Source of the DNA: Thermodesulfobacteriota bacterium
Lineage (GTDB): Bacteria > Desulfobacterota > Binatia > Bin18
Assembly (NCBI GenBank): GCA_964291405.2
Contig: OZ219926.1
Location: forward strand, 4,288,001 to 4,352,000
Direction: 5' to 3'
DNA length: 64,000 nt
Below, piece after piece: positions 42,175 to 50,161 of the stretch (position 1 is its first letter; each line of letters opens with the position of its first letter). The position numbers and the translations under genes are program-made. The notes below the pieces were generated by a model. That model was not told where the DNA came from. It did not search any database and saw only the letters and a program-made list of their open reading frames with translations.

Positions 42175-42474
42175 TCAGGCGCGTTTCGCCTGGGGAGTCA
42201 CGCTGAGCCGCAGGCCCAACTGCCCGAGCACGCCGCTCAAGGTGGAGAGCCGGGGATTGCCGTCTGCCGAGAAGGACTGGTACAAGGTCTCGCGGCGTAA
42301 CCCCGCCCCTTGGGCGACCGTGGTAAAACCCTTGGATTTGACAACCTTGCGCAGCGCCACCAGCAAGAGCTTGTCATCTCCTTCTTCCAGAACGGCGTCC
42401 AAGTACGCGGCGATCTCCTCGGGACTGCCGAGGTGGGCGGCGACATCAAATGCTCTCGTCGTTGCCCCTGCCAT
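42175..42474 (-). CDS. Addiction module antidote protein (HigA-like, XRE)
   Basis: FDVAAHL.SPEEIAAYLDAVLE..GLRRETLYQSFS..GNPRLSTL; own RBS GGAGG. Confidence 0.88.
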   Translation of the reverse strand: MAGATTRAFDVAAHLGSPEEIAAYLDAVLEEGDDKLLLVALRKVVKSKGFTTVAQGAGLRRETLYQSFSADGNPRLSTLSGVLGQLGLRLSVTPQAKRA

Positions 42475-42794
42475 TATGTCTCCTCCTGAGTCCAGGAGCC
42501 TTGCCAAAGTTCGCGCGCGTTCAATGTCTCGCGTTTGGGTTCGCTTTGTCCCGCCCCACAGCAGGACTACCGTTCGACCACTGATACGGTAATATATCCG
42601 GTAACCTGGACCGGCGTCGATACGATACTCAAATAATGCCGGTACTCCCTTAATGGACTTTGCCCCGCCGAAGTTCCCGTCCGACATCTTGCTGACCGCA
42701 GCGAGGATGCGCGCCTCGCACCCAGATCACGCAGTCCGTTCAGCCACGCTTCGAAGGGAACGCTACCGTCCGCCAGTTCGAGCGCGCGGGTCAA
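42475..42794 (-). pseudogene. Addiction module killer (HigB/RelE-like), frameshifted near 42715 and in frame with the antidote without a stop
   Basis: DGSVPFEAWLNGLRD in one frame; GNFG..KSI..FEYRIDAGPGYRIYY..LLWGGTKRTQ.RDI in another. Confidence 0.75.
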
Positions 42795-42823
42795 TTGGGC
42801 AGAATTGAGGCGGAAGAGGGCAA

Positions 42824-43052
42824 ACCCGCCTCGTGGTTCAAGACCAGTATGGATAGACCTCTATGTTAGATGAACGGTCTGGCTGAGATAGTTCATTGAC
42901 AAATTATCTTTGTTAGTAATAATACACCGTCTGAAAGATATAATTTATAAGTAAGACTATATCTGTCAGACATTGTAAAAGATGACATAAACATTCGTCA
43001 TCAGCGGAGGAACGCGTGGGCCCGAAGCAAGAAACACGGGAGGATAAGGAGG
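42824..43052 (+). repeat. Promoter/leader module R1, copy B
   Basis: Colinear with 37554-37781, including TTGACA/TAATAAT and the AGGAGG RBS. Confidence 0.85.
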
Positions 43053-43059
43053 CGTCACC

Positions 43060-43395
43060 ATGACAAAAGAGAATGATTCAGGGTGGAACGGCTTCGTGCT
43101 TGAAAAAGACGGAAAAAGCAACTGCCTGCTTAAAAAAGACGAAGAGACATACTGCATCGTGCTCAAAGCAGAAGGGGATGATGAGGTGAAAGAGGGACAC
43201 TTTAGAGCAGACTTCCAGGGCAAATACAGGATCAATGGCAGGACATGTCAACCAGTTAATATCTCAGGGTCTCCCGACGCTCCCGGACCCTGGAGGGGGT
43301 CGTATTGTGGTGGTTTGGAAACACACGTTCGCGGCCACGAAAAGGATGGGTGGGTCATATCTCCGCTGGAAAGTTTTGAATGTCTCTGCACCTAA
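43060..43395 (+). CDS. Hypothetical protein behind R1 copy B
   Basis: 111-aa ORF with strong RBS TAAGGAGG. Confidence 0.6.
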   Translation: MTKENDSGWNGFVLEKDGKSNCLLKKDEETYCIVLKAEGDDEVKEGHFRADFQGKYRINGRTCQPVNISGSPDAPGPWRGSYCGGLETHVRGHEKDGWVISPLESFECLCT

Positions 43396-43458
43396 CGATT
43401 GAAGGTGATGTCCGTGTCCGAGTCTCTGCCGGGACCGCGTTCGCATAGGAGGTAGGCC

Positions 43459-43893
43459 ATGGAGGGAGTTGAGATATTAGGCGCACTGCTCGTGTGGGTG
43501 CTCTGTGGGATTGCCGGGGCTATGATTGCCTCGCAGAAAGGCCGAAGTGCTGGAGGCTGGGCCGTGCTGTGTTTTCTGCTTGGGCCGCTCGGTGTCATCC
43601 TCGCGTTGGTCGCCAGTCGAGATGAGGCAGGACTGGAAGCGCAGGCGCTAGAGAGTGGGGACAGTCGGAAGTGTCCGCAGTGTGCCGAGATCATTAAATC
43701 GGAGGCCACGAAATGCCGCTATTGTGGGAGCGAACTGGAACCCCTACCAGAACCACAGGAGGGAGGCCCCTGTTTCGTGTGTGGTTTTATAATACGGGAC
43801 CATAAGGTGCCCATCTGCCCCAACTGTGGGCGGAAAGACCCGCTGGCAGGACCTGCTGGGAGCAGAGAAGGCGTGTCATGGAAGGATGGGTAA
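43459..43893 (+). CDS. Membrane protein with double zinc ribbons
   Basis: Two TM helices (KGRS..GW..GPLG), then CPQC..CRYC and CFVC..CPNC. Confidence 0.8.
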   Translation: MEGVEILGALLVWVLCGIAGAMIASQKGRSAGGWAVLCFLLGPLGVILALVASRDEAGLEAQALESGDSRKCPQCAEIIKSEATKCRYCGSELEPLPEPQEGGPCFVCGFIIRDHKVPICPNCGRKDPLAGPAGSREGVSWKDG

Positions 43894-43965
43894 TGATGAA
43901 GTCCATGGTCCTGTTGACAGTGTTTCTGGATATCCGCCAACTCTTGCGGGAGCTCAAAGGGAATG

Positions 43966-44104
43966 GGGCACTGTCCTAATTTGACACTGCACTGCCTGAT
44001 TTCGCGGGCTACCACCTATTTGAAGGGGAACGCGCTGAGCACCATCTCTGTGTCGTGTGCTCAACGACCCGACAACTCTGTCGGGACCCTCGCAGTGGAA
44101 GGAG
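43966..44104 (+). repeat. IS-like-ended structured leader R2, copy A
   Basis: Starts GGCACTGTCCTAATTTG; hairpins TGAGCAC/GTGCTCA and CCCGACA/TGTCGGG; ends GGAAGGAG. Confidence 0.88.
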
Positions 44105-44112
44105 GAGATGCG

Positions 44113-44340
44113 ATGTCTTGGATTACCGGTGTTTTGGATGAACTCAGTGATGCTCTTCGTTCGTCGATAAGTCGGCGACTTAACGCATACTTCTATGAGG
44201 ATGAGGATAAACACGAATATGGTCCAGAGGATGGGGGTGATCCAAGCCCAGACCCATGGCCCCCTGACCCCGACTTCAGGGGTCCTGATATCCCCCTGCA
44301 CTTTAATGCTCCTCCTGGCGAGTATGATGAGGAGGAGTAG
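44113..44340 (+). CDS. Small acidic, Pro-rich hypothetical protein
   Basis: MSWITGVLDELSDAL..EDEDKHEYGPEDGGDPSPDPWPPDPD..EYDEEE*; follows the R2 RBS. Confidence 0.6.
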   Translation: MSWITGVLDELSDALRSSISRRLNAYFYEDEDKHEYGPEDGGDPSPDPWPPDPDFRGPDIPLHFNAPPGEYDEEE

Positions 44341-44343
44341 CGT

Positions 44344-44781
44344 ATGGCATTATTTGAAGAAGAGGAAATGACTTGGCGTGAATTTGAAAAGCTCTGCGAG
44401 CAACTCGTAACAGATACTTTCCACGGCGACACCTGGAAAGTGAAAATACAGCCAGTGCGGACTTATGCCGATGGCCAGACGAAAAGAATGGACATCGAAA
44501 TTTCCGAGAGGAGGCAGGGAGGAAGACATTACGTAGTTGATTGTAAACATTTCCCGAAAGCCGCGCTAAACGAGGAAGAAATTAGGACGACACTCGACTA
44601 CAAAAGAAGGTCCCGTGCATCCAGAGCTTTTATCCTTGTCAGTAGTGCTTCCAATTGTCCGCAATCATTTTTAGATTCTGCCAGACGCCAAGATGTGAGC
44701 GTTGAGATAGTGAGTACAAAAAAGTACCCAGGACTGCTCAAATGGATGAGAAACGGTTTCTTTGATCTCGATTTGTCATGA
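44344..44781 (+). CDS. Stand-alone Mrr-like PD-(D/E)XK restriction endonuclease domain
   Basis: WREFEKLCEQL, RMDI, VVDCK, AFILVS. Confidence 0.75.
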   Translation: MALFEEEEMTWREFEKLCEQLVTDTFHGDTWKVKIQPVRTYADGQTKRMDIEISERRQGGRHYVVDCKHFPKAALNEEEIRTTLDYKRRSRASRAFILVSSASNCPQSFLDSARRQDVSVEIVSTKKYPGLLKWMRNGFFDLDLS

Positions 44782-44793
44782 AGGAGACCACAC

Positions 44794-44932
44794 GGGCACT
44801 GTCCTAATTTGACGCTGCACTGCCTGATTTCGTGGGCTACTACCTTATTTGAAGGGGAACGAGCTGAGCACCATCTCTGTGTCGTGTACTCAACGGCCGA
44901 TAACTCTGCCGGGACTACTGTAGTGGAAGGAG
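44794..44932 (+). repeat. IS-like-ended structured leader R2, copy B
   Basis: Near-identical to 43966-44104. Confidence 0.88.
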
Positions 44933-44938
44933 AATGTC

Positions 44939-45238
44939 ATGGAGCAGAAGGGCATTATCGATGCGAGTTGTATTGATACAAGGGAGATGGAAAAGCGAAA
45001 TCGCGGACCAATTCGGGAGGTATGGGAAACAAAAATCGTCCCAATGAGAGCCCTTGCCTTCGACTCTGGCGCGGATTGGACATCGCGAGCGATTGCGATT
45101 GGGGCACTGATTTATCTCATTTCTCCGATTGACGCTGTTCCTGATGTCTTACCAGGAGGGCTGTTGGACGACCTCGCCGTCATCCTTGCCGCTGCCGCGC
45201 AGATTGTTGACGTGCTGCGGAAGTATGTCAATGACTGA
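44939..45238 (+). CDS. DUF1232/YkvA-family membrane protein
   Basis: GALIYLISPIDAVPDVLPGGLLDDLAV. Confidence 0.85.
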   Translation: MEQKGIIDASCIDTREMEKRNRGPIREVWETKIVPMRALAFDSGADWTSRAIAIGALIYLISPIDAVPDVLPGGLLDDLAVILAAAAQIVDVLRKYVND

Positions 45239-45640
45239 CCGGCTCGTCCTTCGCTCTACGGTGTTGTGACTAGAGCCTACACCGCAGAAGAAGCTGGACA
45301 GTGGATTGCCGGGTAGTGTCTCACTTTGAAATTTGTCCCCCTCGCCGTCGGCTGCGTCGCCCCCTTTCCCCTCCCGGTTTCGCCTGCTGAGCTTCTGCGG
45401 GGCTCGTATCTTTTTTTTGTTCCCCCCCATTTGGGGGGGGATAAGGGCCGCAGCAGTGTGTTAGGAGTCCTTATTGATGGAGGCGACACCGGACAAACAG
45501 CGCGAGTTTTTTACTGCTGCACGGGCCAGTCGGGGGAGTATGCAATCGCTGATCTGGGTGTTCCTGTTCATCCTGGCCTTTGTCGTCCTAGTGATGCTCC
45601 GCTGAGTCTGTTTCGTTTGCGTGTAATTCGAGGCAGGAAG

Positions 45641-45705
45641 GGCGGATAAACGCGTAGGCCCGAAGCAAGAAACACGGGAGGATAAGGAGGAGGCAGAATG
45701 AAGGA
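45641..45705 (+). repeat. Partial R1 module, copy C (RBS end)
   Basis: CGCGTAGGCCCGAAGCAAGAAACACGGGAGGATAAGGAGG..AATGAAGGA; mini-ORF MKEFV*. Confidence 0.75.
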
Positions 45706-45824
45706 GTTTGTATGAGAAGAGTTACGTGGCGAATAGGTGGGGGCTCACAATGCGTTCATGCCGTGATGTTGACACAGCCCGGCAACTCTCATGTGCCGTA
45801 TTGTGGTTTGGAAGGGGGGAGAGT

Positions 45825-46799
45825 ATGCCTGGAGACCACACGAACGAATGGACAAAAACGATTTACACCTGTCGGTATCATTGGAAATGGATACTGTTTT
45901 GGGCCATGTTCATTCTCTTTGGGTTTCTCTCTCTTCGTGTATGGGCTGACACGTTGGAAATTCCCGGCCACGGCAGCATTCAATCTGGCATTGGCGTGAT
46001 TTCGGGCTGGAAGTGCCGAGCCAATGGACGCATTACCGTCCGTTTTGATGGGGGCCGGTCCATTCCGCTGGTCTATGGCAGTGAGCGAACTGATACCCGT
46101 GGGGTATGCGAGGATGCAAACAATGGGTTTGTGGCTATTTGGAATTGGGGGGCACTGGATGACGGAACATATACGGTCGTGGCCTACGATAATGACCGAG
46201 AGTTCGACCGTGCCACCTTTACCGTGGTGACGACTGGCGTGGAATTTCTCAGAGATGTGACGGGTTCCGGCACGGCGACCCTCAGCAACGGACAACAAGC
46301 CACCTTAGAGTGGTCACAGGCGACACAAAGTTTCGTGGCAACGGATTTCACCGACCCCCGAGGGACACCCGTCACGCCAGAACCAGTAGAGACGCCTGAA
46401 GCACGCCAGTTACGTGGACTCATTGGCACCTGGGCGTTCACCTTGACAGTCCTGGACCCACCGAATCAGAGTCCCATTCGACGGTCCTATACCGTCAGTA
46501 GGGTTGAACAGACCGATGCCGGTGCTGGTGCTATTGGCCGTGACCCAGCGGATCAATCCACCTTCCTCGTTATTGTCTCGGACCCGCCCGCGGTCTTAGA
46601 GGGGCAAAGTTATCCGTTTTTTCTGGTTGATGTGGATCGCCTGCAAAGTGGGTATATTTGTAGCAGCTATTTTCTCCGGCAGTCCGGCAATCGTCTGACT
46701 GGGTATTTCGGTCTTGCAGAAGGCCGAGGTCCCGATTTGAGTCAATGTGATGCGGATACGCTTTTTGCTGTTGGGACAGTGACAGCAACACGGAGATAA
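45825..46799 (+). CDS. Secreted/membrane-anchored protein with the shared N-terminal domain and a beta-rich C-terminal domain
   Basis: LEIPG..SGIGVISGWKC..ITVRFD..GFVAIWNWG..WSQATQSF; Pro/Thr linker; LIGTWAFT. Confidence 0.8.
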   Translation: MPGDHTNEWTKTIYTCRYHWKWILFWAMFILFGFLSLRVWADTLEIPGHGSIQSGIGVISGWKCRANGRITVRFDGGRSIPLVYGSERTDTRGVCEDANNGFVAIWNWGALDDGTYTVVAYDNDREFDRATFTVVTTGVEFLRDVTGSGTATLSNGQQATLEWSQATQSFVATDFTDPRGTPVTPEPVETPEARQLRGLIGTWAFTLTVLDPPNQSPIRRSYTVSRVEQTDAGAGAIGRDPADQSTFLVIVSDPPAVLEGQSYPFFLVDVDRLQSGYICSSYFLRQSGNRLTGYFGLAEGRGPDLSQCDADTLFAVGTVTATRR

Positions 46800-47207
46800 C
46801 GACAGGTAGCCCCCACGCTTGACATGCTGAGAGGCCCTATAGTAACGAAGCTTTCTCCTCTATAGGGTCAGCACTCAAGAATCGCTTTGTTCATAACCTG
46901 ACAGGAACAAAAGGCTGAGACCCACCTCTGGCAAAGGATATCGCCAAACTCCTTGACAGGTTGGGAGACATGCTCACCAAAGATCCATTTATCAGGCAGA
47001 TGGCGAATGAACGATTGAAGGCTACTATTCCCTCTTTCGTAGATCGCTACCAGGGCAGCTGGCGCTAACGCCTGGGCTACTTGTCAGCGTAACACTCCGT
47101 GCAGGCATGCCGGATCAGGACCAAGGAGAGACGCGCGGCAAGCGAGCCCGGCAGGATGCCCCCGAGCATGAGCGACCTCCATATCTCACCAAGAGAGGAG
47201 TGCAGGA

Positions 47208-47801
47208 ATGACAAAGACTGCCATGATAATTGGATACGTGTGTATCGTGGTGTGCTCCGCCACCCCTGTCGGGGCGACCACGGTGCTGGAGAAGGATTTC
47301 CCAGCCCTAGTGCAGGAAGCCGAGACGATAGCAGTCGGCACCGTCATCAGTATCGAAGTGGTCCAGGAGGGCGAGACCCCCTTCACCCTGATCACATTCT
47401 CCGATCTCGACATTCTCAAAGGCGACTCAGATCAAGAAGCACTCACCGTTTCTGTGATGGGCGGTCCGAGTGCAGGCGGACTCAGGCTCCATATCGCCGG
47501 TGTCCCGGAGTTCACCCTGGGCGACCGTATGGTCGTGTTTATCGTGGGGAACGAGACCCAAGCGGTGCCGTTTGTGGGAATGTGGCAAGGCGTGTATCGC
47601 GTGGTGCAGGACCCCGAGCAGGGCACCGAGCGCATGGCCGACCATGCAGGCCGACCACTGACGGCGTTACCTCAACGCCAGTCTGCTGACGGACTTGTCC
47701 ATGATGACGCCCCCTCTACTGTGCAAACACTCCAGGCTCCCGCACTCTCGCTGGATATCTTCCTTGAGGCGATTGCGGAGAAGGTGCAGGATGAACAGTA
47801 A
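47208..47801 (+). CDS. Secreted protein coupled to the downstream metalloprotease
   Basis: Signal peptide; LVQEAETIAVGTV, G.PEFTLGDRMVVF, GMWQGVYRV; overlaps next gene. Confidence 0.75.
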   Translation: MTKTAMIIGYVCIVVCSATPVGATTVLEKDFPALVQEAETIAVGTVISIEVVQEGETPFTLITFSDLDILKGDSDQEALTVSVMGGPSAGGLRLHIAGVPEFTLGDRMVVFIVGNETQAVPFVGMWQGVYRVVQDPEQGTERMADHAGRPLTALPQRQSADGLVHDDAPSTVQTLQAPALSLDIFLEAIAEKVQDEQ

Positions 47802-49581
47802 ACAACGGAGTATGTGGGCACTCGCGGGCCTCCTAGTGCTAGTCTCCATCAGCCTCAGTTTTGCCTATGTCCGCACCACAACCCCGCAGGGCAACGCCAT
47901 CTTCTGGCCCAAGCCGCAGGCCACGCTCGTCGGGAACCTCGGCTGTCCCCAGGTCCAGCTGGCGGCGTGGGGACGGTGTTGGGATGATGTCGCCCGCCAT
48001 GCCGCGTCGGCCTGGAATGGGGCGGGATCACGGTTTCGCTTTCAGACGGTGCGGTCCACCGCGCGGGAGCAACTGTCCTGTACCACCAACCAGATTGATT
48101 TCCGTAACGTGGTGGTGTGGTCTCCCTCGCATTGTGGCAGGGCGTGGGGAGACACTGTCGCGATCACGCAAACGTGGTTCCTTGAGTCGGGTGAGATAGC
48201 GGATACGGATGTGCTGGTGAATGAGCAGCTGCTCTGGAATGCGTATCAAGGCCCTGCACGCTTCAACGGCGGTCGCATAGTCTATGATCTGTACCGCGTG
48301 CTGCTGCACGAGTTCGGCCATGTGCTGGGGCTCGCTCACCCGGATGAACACGGCCAGAACGTGCGCGCCATCATGCACAGTAGCAATATGAACGGGACGA
48401 TTGAGCGCTTGCAGCCCGACGATATTGCGGGCATCAAAGCAATCTATGGTGTCGCGGGTGCTGGTCCCGACCCCGATTACTGTGTGAACAATTACTGTGG
48501 GATTGGAGATGGGGATTGCGATCCAGGACAATGTGATGAAGGCGTGTGCGTGAATGATGTCGGTGCACGCTACGGTTTACCCGCCCATTATGATGTCTGT
48601 GAAGCAAGGGGGAGTGGTCAGCCTGATCCCGACTACTGTGTCTATAACGATTGTGGGGCAGGCGAGGGAGACTGCGACCCTGGCCAGTGTGGGGCTGGTC
48701 TCGTCTGTGTCAATGATGTCGGTGCCCGGTATGGGTTGCCCGCGCATTACGATGTCTGTGAAACGCGGAGTGCAGGTCGTCCTGATCCTGACTATTGCGT
48801 GTACAACTACTGTGGGATTGGGGATGGGGATTGCGATCCGGGACAGTGTGACGAAGGGACGTGTGTGAACGATGTCGGGGCAGAATACGGATTGCCCGCG
48901 TACTACGATGTCTGTGAAACGCGGAGTGCAGGTCGTCCTGATCCTGACTATTGCGTGTACAACTACTGTGGGATTGGGGATGGGGATTGCGATCCGGGGC
49001 AATGCGATGAGGGTGTCTGTGTCAATGATGTGGGGGCACAGTATGGCTTGCCAGCCCACTACGATGTGTGTGAAGCACATGACACCACACCACCGGTTAC
49101 CAGTGGTGTCCGCCAATTCGTGGGGACCTGGCGCTTCACCAACAGCCGCACGACGCAAACCTACCGCTTCGGAGAGTGTCCGGCAAATACCGTGCTGAAA
49201 CCATGCGTAGCGGATGTGCCACAAAGAACGTATTTGTGGCCGACGTACCTTTTTGAAGGATTAGGTTCCCTTGGGCATAGCTATTATCTCGCGGACGTTG
49301 AACGTAGCGTGTGCCGGATATGGCTTTTCTATGAACCAGACGGCAATCGTGTGAGCGGTCATTATGGAGAGGCGTATGGGAATTGTCTTTCAAGCTCAGC
49401 CCTTTCCTCGATTACTGAAGATTTAACGTATCAGCGCTATCCCACCACCGGCACCCGTAGCAGTCAATCTGCTACGGGTCTGACGACCACACCAGAAACC
49501 CTTCAACCCCCCGTCACACCAGAAGTACAAGAGGCGCTTGAACAGGCTATTGAGGATTCGCTGTTCTTGCTGATGAAATAG
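47791..49581 (+). CDS. Secreted matrixin (M10-like metzincin) with four Cys-rich repeats
   Basis: HEFGHVLGLAH zinc motif, AIM Met-turn, L.PDDIAGIKAIYG. Confidence 0.88.
   Translation: MNSKQRSMWALAGLLVLVSISLSFAYVRTTTPQGNAIFWPKPQATLVGNLGCPQVQLAAWGRCWDDVARHAASAWNGAGSRFRFQTVRSTAREQLSCTTNQIDFRNVVVWSPSHCGRAWGDTVAITQTWFLESGEIADTDVLVNEQLLWNAYQGPARFNGGRIVYDLYRVLLHEFGHVLGLAHPDEHGQNVRAIMHSSNMNGTIERLQPDDIAGIKAIYGVAGAGPDPDYCVNNYCGIGDGDCDPGQCDEGVCVNDVGARYGLPAHYDVCEARGSGQPDPDYCVYNDCGAGEGDCDPGQCGAGLVCVNDVGARYGLPAHYDVCETRSAGRPDPDYCVYNYCGIGDGDCDPGQCDEGTCVNDVGAEYGLPAYYDVCETRSAGRPDPDYCVYNYCGIGDGDCDPGQCDEGVCVNDVGAQYGLPAHYDVCEAHDTTPPVTSGVRQFVGTWRFTNSRTTQTYRFGECPANTVLKPCVADVPQRTYLWPTYLFEGLGSLGHSYYLADVERSVCRIWLFYEPDGNRVSGHYGEAYGNCLSSSALSSITEDLTYQRYPTTGTRSSQSATGLTTTPETLQPPVTPEVQEALEQAIEDSLFLLMK
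48466..49074 (+). repeat. Four tandem ~156-bp coding repeats (6-Cys module)
   Basis: PDPDYCVxNxCGxGxGDCDPGQCxxGxCVNDVGAxYGLPAxYDVCE x4. Confidence 0.95.
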
Positions 49582-49599
49582 AGAAGAAGGAGGAAAAGG

Positions 49600-49935
49600 A
49601 TGAAGCAACGAATATGGATAACATTTGCGGCGCTTGCGTTTGGGCTGTGTGCGTGTACCCACCAGAAGGTGCGCATATCACAGACTACGGACACACAACT
49701 TTCGTGTGCGGCGTTACGGAATGAACTGGCTCGGGTGGAGCAGGCCCGTGCGGAGATCGACTCTAAGACCGGGTTCTCTGGCCGGAATGTGGGCATGGCC
49801 CTGGTGTTTTGGCCGGGCATTATCGTGAATGAATCACAGGCAGCCAGCGCTGAGGCCGCCGCTGTGGCCCGGTTGGATCGGCTCAATCAATTGTATTATG
49901 AGCGGGGCTGCTTGGAGAAAGAGCGGCGGCATTGA
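49600..49935 (+). CDS. Probable lipoprotein
   Basis: Lipobox-like LCAC; DTQLSCAALRNEL..RGC. Confidence 0.7.
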   Translation: MKQRIWITFAALAFGLCACTHQKVRISQTTDTQLSCAALRNELARVEQARAEIDSKTGFSGRNVGMALVFWPGIIVNESQAASAEAAAVARLDRLNQLYYERGCLEKERRH

Positions 49936-50004
49936 GGGCGGATTCCTGGGGATACCCAACAGCAAGGAGGAGTCAGTCAAGTACATTATTATCCTTTTTT
50001 GGCG

Positions 50005-50159
50005 TGTGTACACGCAGAAAATTGGCTTTCAACATGAAGTTTCCCCCTTCGGGTCCGGGCCCTTCAGGGAAAGAGCGACGAGAAATTTTACGCCTGGTCC
50101 TCCAGCATAGAGATGAGCTTTATGCTGAATGGGAAGCCAAAGTAGATAGAGGGAACTGA
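50005..50159 (+). pseudogene. Possible DUF4160-like toxin C-terminal remnant
   Basis: KERREILRLVLQHRDELYAEW immediately upstream of a DUF2442 gene; no intact N-terminus. Confidence 0.45.
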
Positions 50160-50161
50160 AA

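Noticed and set aside
43966-44104. Known riboswitch in the R2 leader
   Set aside because: I could not match the consensus of c-di-GMP, c-di-AMP, SAM, TPP or cobalamin classes by eye; an Rfam search is needed
37554-45705. CRISPR array or classical integron as explanation for the repeats
   Set aside because: Repeats are 80-230 bp and irregularly spaced by whole genes; no cas or intI gene and no clear RYYYAAC..GTTRRRY attC structure
46800-47200. Hairpin (CCCTATAG..CTATAGGG) and a possible gene tail (..KDIAKLLDRLGDML..)
   Set aside because: Single copy with no recognisable family; too weak to call
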